DNA of 64,000 nucleotides. It comes from a bacterium. Its GTDB lineage: Bacteria > Bdellovibrionota_B > Oligoflexia > Oligoflexales > RGVZ01. The stretch covers positions 4,294 to 68,293 of the forward strand of contig JBAXLR010000001.1 in assembly GCA_037134655.1 (NCBI GenBank), in the 5' to 3' direction. The notes under the pieces were generated by a model. That model ran no database searches. It was not told where the DNA came from and saw only the letters and a program-made list of their open reading frames with translations. Made by a program: the position numbers and the translations under genes. Positions 37,946 through 46,376 of this stretch are shown here, piece by piece (within the stretch, counting starts at the first letter, position 1; each line of letters opens with the position of its first letter).

Positions 37946-38239
37946 ATGAGCGAATCAGAAGACACCAAGGAGTGGACTTTTTTGACCAACCACCTTCACG
38001 TCCTACTGGTCATTGCCTCCAGAGGCGACCTCGTTTTGAGAGAAGTTGCAAATTTGGTAGGTATTACTGAGCGAGCTGTTCAAAAGATCGTCATGGAATT
38101 AGAAGACGCTGGGTATTTAATTAGAGAACGAGTAGGTAGGGTCAACCACTACACCGTGGATCTAAATCGCCCTCTTAGGCATACCTTGGAAAGGCATCAT
38201 ACTGTTGGGGCTCTGATTCGTATTCTGCAGAAAAAGTAG
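37946..38239 (+). CDS. small winged-helix (ArsR/MarR-like) transcriptional regulator
   Basis: 97 aa. LREVANLVGITERAVQKIVMELEDAGYLIRER is a typical HTH plus wing. Divergent from dabBA. Confidence 0.6.
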   Translation: MSESEDTKEWTFLTNHLHVLLVIASRGDLVLREVANLVGITERAVQKIVMELEDAGYLIRERVGRVNHYTVDLNRPLRHTLERHHTVGALIRILQKK

Positions 38240-38253
38240 CCGTTGTTACCCTT

Positions 38254-38766
38254 TCAGATGTAGGTGCCGAACGCTAAGCGAAATAGAATCCCAAAACCTG
38301 ATTCTTTCTTGGTGATTGCTCCAGAGACAACCCTTCGGTCAGTACCACCACCCAACCAATCAAATCCGAAGTAAGCGCGCTCATGCCGCCATCTATTACC
38401 AAGTGATGCGCTAATTCCGACATGGTTGGCGGGCGCCTCGCCAGCATAATCAATGCGGCGATAATAGGGCGACCAAGCAACATTAAAACTATTGCCGAGG
38501 AAGTGTCGGAGCTTAATTCCAGCCATATAACCGCGATCAGGAGGATATGAGAAAAAAGAATATGTTGGCGTTTCTCGGTACGCCTCAATGGCAAGGGAAG
38601 GATCGACTATATATCCTAAAGAAAAATTCCCGGTAAATAGACCCAACGCGGAAACCTCAATTCCAGCGCTGAATTTCTTCGAATCAACTTCAGCTGCTTG
38701 AGCGTACGATACATTTGCCAACGTCATGCTTAAAAAAATACAATTGACGAACAAACCAAGACGCAT
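38254..38766 (-). CDS. small outer-membrane beta-barrel protein
   Basis: Start set at the ATG at 38766 (GGAGGA RBS). Signal peptide ...VSYAQA, alternating aromatic beta-strands and terminal F-x-Y-I. The upstream part of track ORF 38254..39153 overlaps the next gene. Confidence 0.55.
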   Translation of the reverse strand: MRLGLFVNCIFLSMTLANVSYAQAAEVDSKKFSAGIEVSALGLFTGNFSLGYIVDPSLAIEAYRETPTYSFFSYPPDRGYMAGIKLRHFLGNSFNVAWSPYYRRIDYAGEAPANHVGISASLGNRWRHERAYFGFDWLGGGTDRRVVSGAITKKESGFGILFRLAFGTYI

Positions 38767-38797
38767 GATTTTCCTCCAATAGATTTTTTTAAAATAC

Positions 38798-39574
38798 TCA
38801 CTCAACATCCAGACGACACATATCGTCAATCCAAACTCCGCCTTTGGCTTGGCATTTTTTAGCTTTTTCCAGAAGTTGTTTGTTGTCCGCTTTACTGGAA
38901 GGTGGTTCGGATTCTGATCGGGCTGGTTTCGCCTGTAAATACCAACCAAAGCTAAAATAGATCGCAGCGTAGTTTCGACCTTTATCCCATAAATCAGCGG
39001 CCGTTTTTTGATCATTAGCCACGTCGTAGATCTCCCAGTACTTATAACTTTCTGCGGTTTGAATGCGTCCGAGACTTCTAATGCCAAAAGTGAAGTAGTA
39101 AAAATCATTTCCTTGCCACCCCACTTCAGGCCCAAGAAGCCAGCCTCGATCATAAAACTCTAGTTCTTGCTTTGGCTGAGCTTCCGTCTCACCGGTTTGT
39201 TGCAGTTCTAAGGAAGTGTAGTAAGTTCCGCCGATCATGCCGAAGTACAATCCTGAGTTATAAACGTGGCGATAAGCCATCTGAATTGAGGTTTTAGTTA
39301 GATTGATTTTACTAGTCTGCGACAAATTTTCGTTGCTTTCACCGGCTGACTCCAAATGAAAGTGAATCTGCTTATTAGACTCGTGCAGGTTATAGTCGTA
39401 GAAATAATAGCTACCGCCAACGGCACCTCCTGAAAAGCCGATACCAAGACCGTGCTGATCGATGCCTTCATTAAACTGAATTTGATTTGGAACGTGCTCT
39501 GCGAAAATCGTAGAACTGACTACAAACAAAAAAGCGCTGAGTGTGATCCTGGTTTCAAAACGAATGCCTCCCAT
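38798..39574 (-). CDS. outer-membrane beta-barrel-like protein with Cys-containing C-terminal tail
   Basis: Start at the ATG at 39574 (GGAGGG RBS). Signal peptide present. Gly/aromatic beta-strand pattern. Tail is KKCQAKGGVWIDDMCRLDVE. Confidence 0.5.
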   Translation of the reverse strand: MGGIRFETRITLSAFLFVVSSTIFAEHVPNQIQFNEGIDQHGLGIGFSGGAVGGSYYFYDYNLHESNKQIHFHLESAGESNENLSQTSKINLTKTSIQMAYRHVYNSGLYFGMIGGTYYTSLELQQTGETEAQPKQELEFYDRGWLLGPEVGWQGNDFYYFTFGIRSLGRIQTAESYKYWEIYDVANDQKTAADLWDKGRNYAAIYFSFGWYLQAKPARSESEPPSSKADNKQLLEKAKKCQAKGGVWIDDMCRLDVE

Positions 39575-39862
39575 TTCCAAAATCCCTCCGATGATGTTTT
39601 TGTCTGATCGGGTGCTGGGGGACATTTCTAAACGACATCGGGCGGAGGATCGGCCTACCGAGGACCACTTTTATTCAATAAAACCAGGATGTTATAAAAT
39701 ATCGCGCGGGCCTGCTATTGCATGATCATGTCGCTGAAAAAGTGATGAAAGTCATGTTTCACTGATCGGTAAAACTCCAAGCAACTGGTTTTGACGTACT
39801 GCTGAGAAAAAATACCATCGTAAATTTAGACATCGCTATGCCAAGCATAGCTCGACAGGGGA

Positions 39863-40017
39863 GATTCGAAATTTCTTCGACAGAGTTGCTTCTTTCGAAT
39901 CCCACAGACTTGGAAAATAAAAACACCACACATCGCCTGTGCAGCACAGGTTTTGGAGGTGAAGATAACTATTTTGTGGCCACATTACTCACCACACCAA
40001 GGTTCATATTTCGAATC
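39863..40017. promoter_or_regulatory. three copies of a TTCGAA-centred 10-mer upstream of the rhodopsin gene (candidate regulator sites)
   Basis: gattcgaaat (39863-39872) is the exact reverse complement of atttcgaatc (40008-40017). ctttcgaatc (39892-39901) matches 9/10. Confidence 0.35.
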
Positions 40018-40140
40018 AGGCACGATGATTTGATTCAGCTTGATTGACCTGAGTGCTTCATCCGTGAGACAATTATGCAGGTTTTTCAGAGAAGTTTTAG
40101 GTGTTTAGATTGCTAATTTAATTTGGAGTGGAGTCAAAGT

Positions 40141-40902
40141 ATGACGGAACTAACAGCAGGGCAGTTTTCGCTCGTTTACAACATGTTTTCTTTAACAATT
40201 GCCAGTATGGGTGCAGCATTCATATTCTTCTTGGCATCACGGTCTAGTGTTGCCCCGAAATACCGCGGCGCACTAACGGTCTCGGCTTTGGTTGTAGCTA
40301 TCGCTTGCTATCACTACTTCCGTATCTTCAATAGCTGGAATGAAGCATTCACCCTAAGCGGCGCCGTCTATGCTCCGTCTGGCAAGCCTTTTAACGACGC
40401 TTACCGCTATGTTGACTGGCTTTTGACTGTTCCATTGCTACTTGTTGAGCTTGTTGCTGTATTGGCTCTACCTAAAAATCAACGCGAAGGTCTATTTGGC
40501 AAGCTAGCAATTGCTGCTTTCCTCATGATTGCACTTGGTTACCCAGGTGAAGTCGCAACTGACAATACGACACGCGCCATCTGGGGCACACTGTCCTCGA
40601 TCCCATTCGTTTACATCCTTATGATCCTTTGGGGCAAATTGGGTGCGGCGATCGAAAGCCAGCCAGGTGAAGCTAAAGTCTACTTGACCAACATTCGCCT
40701 CCTTCTTCTCTTGACCTGGGGCTTCTACCCAATCACCTACATGCTGCCTATGTTCGGCATTGACCCACAATCATCGGTTGTTGGTATTCAGGTTGGATAT
40801 GCTGTCGCTGACGTGCTTGCAAAAGCCTTCTACGGCGTGATGATCTACTGGATCGCCAGAGCTAAGTCTGAAAACGAAGGTTTTGCTGACGCAGCTCACT
40901 GA
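40141..40902 (+). CDS. xanthorhodopsin-clade light-driven proton-pumping rhodopsin
   Basis: RYVDWLLTVPLLLVEL gives the D-T-E motif (D92/T96/E103 from the ATG at 40141). YHYFR provides the His. ADVLAKAFYG provides D224/K228 (Schiff-base Lys). The protein resembles Salinibacter xanthorhodopsin over its whole length as I recall that sequence. GGAGTGGAG RBS. Confidence 0.92.
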   Translation: MTELTAGQFSLVYNMFSLTIASMGAAFIFFLASRSSVAPKYRGALTVSALVVAIACYHYFRIFNSWNEAFTLSGAVYAPSGKPFNDAYRYVDWLLTVPLLLVELVAVLALPKNQREGLFGKLAIAAFLMIALGYPGEVATDNTTRAIWGTLSSIPFVYILMILWGKLGAAIESQPGEAKVYLTNIRLLLLLTWGFYPITYMLPMFGIDPQSSVVGIQVGYAVADVLAKAFYGVMIYWIARAKSENEGFADAAH

Positions 40903-40935
40903 TCCACGTTCTGGTCGCTCTCGCGACCAAACAGT

Positions 40936-42954
40936 CTATTGATAGGCCGCCTCTGCTGAAAAGCGAGGCGGTTTTCTTTTAAGAAATCGTTTCATGGCCG
41001 GGGCGTGGGATGCCGTCAAGGCCCCAACACCCAGAAAAACAACCTGCCAAAGCTGGTTTTGATCACCGGAGCGGGCGTAGATCCAGGCTATGACACCAAT
41101 GCCAAGGATACTTGCTACCGTGTAGCGGAGGCTTTTACTTACGTATTGCTTGGCCGTCCAGTCATTGGCAGCCCTTTGCGCCAGAATAGAATCCCAGCCA
41201 TGCCAGAACGCGAAGAAACAAAAAAACCCAGGCAGTAGGGGTAGCGCCAGTATGGAAGCGGCCAGAACCAGTGTGGCGGGCAAACCAATGACCGCCCTTC
41301 CGAGGGCTTTGCGCTCGTATCGATCTAGATTGCCAGCTGCAAAAATCCCTGCAATAAAAACCAAAACACCGCACCAACGCGCAGCCTCTAAGGTTATTCC
41401 CGTGACAGAAGCCGAGTCTCTAAGGATTAACTGGATAATTGGGCTCGCCTCCTGCCAATGCATGAACACCCCAAACGTTGCGGCAAACAATCCCCACTGC
41501 CAGGCCAAAACGCGACTCCAAAGGGCATAGCCTGAATTTTTGATGGCACGAATCCAATTTGCTTCACCAAAATGATCAGCTGATTGAAACAGGAAAAAAC
41601 CTAGTGCCAGGGGCGGGTACAGCCACCACATGAGAACAAAAAGGATGATGGAGCCAAGGTACAGACCGTAAAATTCGCGGGGTTTACGAGCTACTGGATC
41701 AAGTAGATGATCGAGGCTGCCATGGCCGATTCCAGCAGTTAAAAGACCGATCATTGGAATAATCCATCCGGCGACTCCACCGACGGTCCAATGGAGTGCA
41801 ATGCTTGCAGATACTGCAAAGATAAATGGGTAAAAAACTACAAGACTGCGTAAGAATGGCCCCCAGGGAAGGCCAAAAAATATTTTAATTTCCTCCCCGA
41901 AGCTGGACCTCTCATCAAGGAACGCGAAAATTTTTGAGGGACTATTTGCAGAAAAAAGCACGAGAAAAATCTTGGAGATGAACTCCCCCTGGGTCCTGAT
42001 GATCCTTAGAAGAAGAGCATCATAAACCTGAAACCGAAAATGCCCATATGACGTATTTGCTGAACCAGTCAGATGTCGAAGATTTCTTTGAAAAGAGTAG
42101 CCTGTACTGGCTTTGACCATTCCAGCAGCACTGCCGATTGTCTCAATCACGGAATTGAGTTCTGGTGGGGGGAACTTTGACGCTGCTCCTAGAGTCATGG
42201 GAATAGCGCCTGACTCCACTTTAAGAATCCGAAAATTTGGCAAAGAAAGCTTTCGAGCAATATAATCTCGAAGGATCGACTCACACTCCTCGGTAGTGAT
42301 TCTTTTGGCCGCAAATACGGTGAATTCCACCAAGGCTCGACGTCTGTCAAAAGGCAGGATGTAAACAAAGCGAACCTCGCCCACCTGGTCTAGCCTAAAA
42401 TCCATTAAATCAACCAGGTGAGGATCAAAGTAGTCCTCTTCAGTTTCAAGCTCAAAGCCAAGAAAATACTGCAATAATTCTGGTTTTTGAACCGTCACAG
42501 AATTAAAGATATGCTTTGCCGCGAACGTCTGGCCAGATGTGGTCGTCACAAACGCTTTTTTCCTGGATGACCCCACGTCAGATTTCTCGTTGATCGTTGT
42601 GACAGAATCAACCACTCGATGAAATCGGCTATCATTCTCAAGGCGGTTTTTGATTTTTAAGAGCAGCCGTTCGCCGGGAATTCGCTCGTAGTAATAATCG
42701 CCAAAATCACGAACGACTTTTTGACCCTCAGTCGACGTTATTCGAAATCTTTCCCAGCGATTTTCGATGCAATCCGCGTAACGATGGGGCTTAGACGTTT
42801 TCAGCCGCCAAGAGGCAAAGGTCTTTGACGAAAGGGAATCCGGATCGGGATCGATGATGGCAACCCGCAGATCCCTCGACGGATCATCTGCGAGGATGTC
42901 GGCTTGCATGAGGCCAGCCAGGCCGCCGCCAACGATAATAACGTCAAAATCCAT
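40936..42954 (-). CDS. fusion protein: lycopene beta-cyclase (CrtY-type, N-terminal) + Brp/Blh beta-carotene 15,15'-dioxygenase (C-terminal)
   Basis: N-terminal half: DVIIVGGGLAG, RFVYILPF, GAIPMT, AGMVKASTGYSF, FLDERS. C-terminal ~300 aa is polytopic with GHGSLDH, SADHFGE, FWHGWDS and SHAP (the four-His Brp/Blh pattern). The ATG at 42954 overlaps the upstream stop as ATGA. Confidence 0.8.
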   Translation of the reverse strand: MDFDVIIVGGGLAGLMQADILADDPSRDLRVAIIDPDPDSLSSKTFASWRLKTSKPHRYADCIENRWERFRITSTEGQKVVRDFGDYYYERIPGERLLLKIKNRLENDSRFHRVVDSVTTINEKSDVGSSRKKAFVTTTSGQTFAAKHIFNSVTVQKPELLQYFLGFELETEEDYFDPHLVDLMDFRLDQVGEVRFVYILPFDRRRALVEFTVFAAKRITTEECESILRDYIARKLSLPNFRILKVESGAIPMTLGAASKFPPPELNSVIETIGSAAGMVKASTGYSFQRNLRHLTGSANTSYGHFRFQVYDALLLRIIRTQGEFISKIFLVLFSANSPSKIFAFLDERSSFGEEIKIFFGLPWGPFLRSLVVFYPFIFAVSASIALHWTVGGVAGWIIPMIGLLTAGIGHGSLDHLLDPVARKPREFYGLYLGSIILFVLMWWLYPPLALGFFLFQSADHFGEANWIRAIKNSGYALWSRVLAWQWGLFAATFGVFMHWQEASPIIQLILRDSASVTGITLEAARWCGVLVFIAGIFAAGNLDRYERKALGRAVIGLPATLVLAASILALPLLPGFFCFFAFWHGWDSILAQRAANDWTAKQYVSKSLRYTVASILGIGVIAWIYARSGDQNQLWQVVFLGVGALTASHAPAMKRFLKRKPPRFSAEAAYQ
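40947..40980 (+). terminator. rho-independent terminator of the rhodopsin gene
   Basis: ccgcctc (40947-40953) pairs with gaggcgg (40965-40971), then ttttctttt. It lies inside the 3' end of the convergent crtY-blh ORF. Confidence 0.7.
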
Positions 42955-44111
42955 CAAATCGGCGACCACTTGATCACCCGACCCTTCCATTCATAAGAGC
43001 CGCGCAAGCTCGTTCTGAGAGACTTGTAAGCAGCTATATTGAATAGTAACAAACTGAGGGGATGTAAAAGCACATCACGAAGTGGCATCTTAAATAATTT
43101 TGCCGTCAACATTCGGCTTACTAAAACCAACCCTAGAGAAATCAGCGCAAATTGCGGGCGAAAAAAATAGCCCCACAATGGAAACATAAAAACAAGATTC
43201 ACCAGAATGACCACACACCCAAAAACTAGTGGCGTGCCTCCCCCAATCATGACCAAATTTTTTGAGAAGCCGGCTAGCGTAGCCCGCCAATCAGAATACA
43301 TGGCCACACTGATATCAGTTGCTGCCAAAACAGGCTGCACACCACGACCTGTCACCCGCTGAATCTGACGAGCTAGTGCAACGTCTTCAAGTGGTGTCAC
43401 ACCAAGCCTTTGGTGCCCTCCACTAGCATAATAATCAGGCTTGAATAACGCAATCCACTGTCCGTTAGCCATTTGCATTGACTTGAAAGGCAGACGCCAC
43501 GTGCAAAATAGCGGTAATGACATCAGCAAAGGAAGATGCATGATCCAAGGAATCAACAGACGCTCTAGTAATCCTTCACACGACTGTGCTGGTAAAGCTG
43601 TTAGACCAGCCATTTTTTCTCTCGCGCCAGGCTTCATCATCAAATTGACGGTATTCCGAATAGCCGTGGGTGATGGCCTAACATCTGCATCACAAAAGAT
43701 CAAAATCTCACCCTTTGCCACTGCAGCAAGCTGGGCACAAGCATGGGCTTTGCCTGAAAGTTGGGTCGCTTCCGACCATGGAATTCCCGCTACGATACGC
43801 ACGGGGAATGGAGCATCTGACATTAGATCTGTAGCGATTTTTGCTGAATGATCTCTAGATCCGTCATCTAATATAATGACTTCAAGGGGCTGATAGGTCG
43901 AATTCAGTAAAGCTGGCAGAAGATGTCGTAGGTTATTCGCCTCGTCACGCACAGGCACGAGAAAACTTACCAGTGGTTTTTCGGTGGTGGTAACCTCAGA
44001 TTGTCCCATCTTTGCAGCCAACGCTGCATTAAGGATGACCATTAAAGTCGTGACACAACACGCCAGTAAACAAAACCAACAGACCACATCAATCAGCAAC
44101 GCTGCATTCAT
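42954..44111 (-). CDS. family-2 glycosyltransferase (carotenoid glycosyltransferase CruC-like by context)
   Basis: FLVPVRDE, ILDDGSRD, FCDADV (GT2 DxD) and C-terminal TM helices. ATGA overlaps on both sides within the carotenoid operon. Confidence 0.65.
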   Translation of the reverse strand: MNAALLIDVVCWFCLLACCVTTLMVILNAALAAKMGQSEVTTTEKPLVSFLVPVRDEANNLRHLLPALLNSTYQPLEVIILDDGSRDHSAKIATDLMSDAPFPVRIVAGIPWSEATQLSGKAHACAQLAAVAKGEILIFCDADVRPSPTAIRNTVNLMMKPGAREKMAGLTALPAQSCEGLLERLLIPWIMHLPLLMSLPLFCTWRLPFKSMQMANGQWIALFKPDYYASGGHQRLGVTPLEDVALARQIQRVTGRGVQPVLAATDISVAMYSDWRATLAGFSKNLVMIGGGTPLVFGCVVILVNLVFMFPLWGYFFRPQFALISLGLVLVSRMLTAKLFKMPLRDVLLHPLSLLLFNIAAYKSLRTSLRGSYEWKGRVIKWSPI

Positions 44112-44782
44112 CAGCCACCACCTGCTAATAAAGCTTGGGGTGCGCTGATTGAGGCTAGATCCAAAAGCCTCGTAACTTCGGCTTCCAAAGTCTTGTGATC
44201 GATATTTTTACTGAGACTATCAATCGGCTGACCCGCATAAATGAAAACGGTTGGTTTCTCCTGGGTCATAGGCTCAATGTGAAGCCCTAGTGGCACATAC
44301 TGAACGCGACCAACTATCTTTGCCAAAGTTTCAATGCCACGACGAAACCCAAGCGGTCTTTGACGCAGAGGCGAGATTTCACCTTGGGGGAAATAGGTCA
44401 GAGTCCGGTATGGATTTGCAGCCGCCAGATCACGAAACTGGATGAAGGCTCTACGCACGCTTACTGGATTACCAGGTTCCAACCCAAAACATCCGATTTT
44501 ACGTAAAATGGGAAACTTCTTTAGCTCGCTTTCGAGCATCAAAGAATAGATACCCGATCCAGGACGAAGCCGATTTTGGACTTCAAAGCAAAAAAATCCG
44601 TCCCACCAGCTGATGTGATTAGGAACCAATATGACAGGTAACTTCGGATCAAGCTGACCCAGTGCGGCGTCCAAATCAAAATGGATGGATGCAAAAGCTC
44701 TACGGTACTTCCACTGTAAGTACCTATCCCAAAACCACCTTACATTGTCATTATGCCTGGGTGACACGGGTTCGAAATCCAA
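44111..44782 (-). CDS. PlsC-family acyltransferase (carotenoid glycoside acyltransferase CruD-like by context)
   Basis: NHISWWDG is the HxxxxD acyltransferase motif. 223 aa, within the carotenoid operon. Confidence 0.6.
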   Translation of the reverse strand: MDFEPVSPRHNDNVRWFWDRYLQWKYRRAFASIHFDLDAALGQLDPKLPVILVPNHISWWDGFFCFEVQNRLRPGSGIYSLMLESELKKFPILRKIGCFGLEPGNPVSVRRAFIQFRDLAAANPYRTLTYFPQGEISPLRQRPLGFRRGIETLAKIVGRVQYVPLGLHIEPMTQEKPTVFIYAGQPIDSLSKNIDHKTLEAEVTRLLDLASISAPQALLAGGG

Positions 44783-45671
44783 GCGGTAATGTGCCTCGGC
44801 TCAAGCCAAATATATAGAGCACTAGCAGTGTCAATGCCGTGAGAATCACGGGCGACCAGGCTGCACCGGCTATGGATAACCCAACCGGAAGGAACAAGTT
44901 TAGGAAGTAAAATTTTATCGGCCATGAACGCTCGAAGCGATGTCCATAGTTACCGAGCCCTAGTGCTTCAAAACTGAGGAATATTAAAAATCCAGTGAGT
45001 AACCAACCTAGAAGATTTCTGACCGCTACGCCGAGGAAAAAGACTCCAGATTCTTCCCAGATCCAATATGGAGTCAACTGGCTCATGGCTGGTTCAAGTG
45101 TGAAATCCCAAGCAATGAGCAATAAAGACGCTACTGCAATTCGCCCTAAAGAAAATCGCAATTGATCGAGCCTTCCTTGAAAGACCCTCCGAGGTTTGCG
45201 TCCAATAATCTGAGTTGCAAGGAGATGACAGCAAAGGGTCATGCAAAACCAGCTGATCGGAATCAGCACTGGGACTTTATCGCCAAGCTGCCAACCGAGA
45301 AGGCTCGTATACGAGTATTTGCCAAAAGGTATACCGTAACTGGTACCACCAAATTCCATAAAAAAACTGATCAAAAACGCTGAGAAAAAGTAGGCGAGCC
45401 AGCGCCAGCCCAAAACCTTATGGGCAGCCTGTATGCACAGCCAAAAACAAAGAAGAATCTGCAATCTCGCAAAAAGCGGGTATGATATGGCATAGATTGG
45501 CGGTGACCAAGGAAAACGCGCAAACAACTCTGGATGCAGCGTAAACGTGGCGTATCCAAAGATTGAAATCGCATTGATGAAAAGCAAAGCCCACATTGGA
45601 GAAAAGAATAGCACATGAGTCCCTTGGAGCAAGGACATTTGGGGGCCACCAGAATCCCAGTCAGGGATCAT
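44751..45671 (-). CDS. membrane carotenoid biosynthesis protein (CruF-like carotenoid 1,2-hydratase family)
   Basis: Polytopic. GIPFGKYSYT and AWDFTLEPAM...YWIWEE resemble the conserved PF04240-type motifs as I remember them. The true start may be an internal Met. Confidence 0.55.
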   Translation of the reverse strand: MIPDWDSGGPQMSLLQGTHVLFFSPMWALLFINAISIFGYATFTLHPELFARFPWSPPIYAISYPLFARLQILLCFWLCIQAAHKVLGWRWLAYFFSAFLISFFMEFGGTSYGIPFGKYSYTSLLGWQLGDKVPVLIPISWFCMTLCCHLLATQIIGRKPRRVFQGRLDQLRFSLGRIAVASLLLIAWDFTLEPAMSQLTPYWIWEESGVFFLGVAVRNLLGWLLTGFLIFLSFEALGLGNYGHRFERSWPIKFYFLNLFLPVGLSIAGAAWSPVILTALTLLVLYIFGLSRGTLPLGFRTRVTQA

Positions 45672-46376
45672 CTAGCACCCATTTTGGCCTTCTGTGTCAT
45701 TGGCGCCTGGGCATTTAGCCTCTGGTACGCGTTCTTCCATCTGCGTACCGGGATTTTCCCCGACTCTTTGGCCAGTATCGGCATGATGCTTTGGATGCAG
45801 TTTCTTAATTGTGGACTTTTTATTGTCACTCACGACGCCTGCCATGGTACTGCCTGGCCTGGGCATCCCAGACTGAATCGCTGGTTAGGAAAGACCACCG
45901 CGAGGCTCTATGCTGCCTTCAATTTTGATCGGCTTGTGCCAAAGCATCTCGCCCATCACGTCCATGTCGCCACTAATCTAGACCCGGACTTTAACGATCA
46001 CACCAAAAAGGGTGAAGGATTTTTCGCCTGGGGATGGCGATTTTTCCGCCAATATCTGAGCTTTAGCCAAATTATTATCATGATGGGGGTCGCCCAAATT
46101 TTCTTTCATATTCTAAAAATACCCGAAAGAAACGTGATCCAGTTTTGGGTTGTGCCGGCTATTATGAGCAGCATTCAGCTCTTTTACTTCGGAACGTGGT
46201 TACCGCACCGAGTCATCCCTGGAAAAGACTTCGCTGATAAGCATCATGCCAGAGATTCTGGACTGCCTTGGATATTATCACTCGTCTCATGCTGGCATTT
46301 CGGCTACCATCATGTGCATCACCTTAAACCGGGCGTGCCATGGTTTCGGCTACCCTCCCAAAGGAGAACATCATGA
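45615..46376 (+). CDS. crtW: beta-carotene 4-ketolase
   Basis: Three His boxes HDACHG, HLAHHVH and HHVHHL. FGTWLPHR and PWFRLP are typical of CrtW. Confidence 0.88.
   Translation: MSPLEQGHLGATRIPVRDHLAPILAFCVIGAWAFSLWYAFFHLRTGIFPDSLASIGMMLWMQFLNCGLFIVTHDACHGTAWPGHPRLNRWLGKTTARLYAAFNFDRLVPKHLAHHVHVATNLDPDFNDHTKKGEGFFAWGWRFFRQYLSFSQIIIMMGVAQIFFHILKIPERNVIQFWVVPAIMSSIQLFYFGTWLPHRVIPGKDFADKHHARDSGLPWILSLVSCWHFGYHHVHHLKPGVPWFRLPSQRRTS

Noticed and set aside
38767-39153. N-terminal 129 codons of track ORF 38254..39153
   Set aside because: They overlap the 3' part of the better-supported gene 38798-39574 in another frame. An internal ATG at 38766 has a GGAGGA RBS and opens a proper signal peptide.
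39759-40047. Small ORFs 39759..39947 (-) and 39838..40047 (+) upstream of the rhodopsin
   Set aside because: They overlap each other on opposite strands, lack Shine-Dalgarno sequences and have no recognisable motifs. The region is treated as non-coding regulatory sequence instead.
41005-43851. Plus-strand ORFs 41005..41238, 41150..41530 and 43441..43851, and similar antisense ORFs inside other large genes (e.g. 1751..2194, 17699..18187, 51127..51540)
   Set aside because: They are antisense shadows inside genes with strong family motifs. They have biased composition (Arg/Ser/Pro-rich), no RBS and no motifs.
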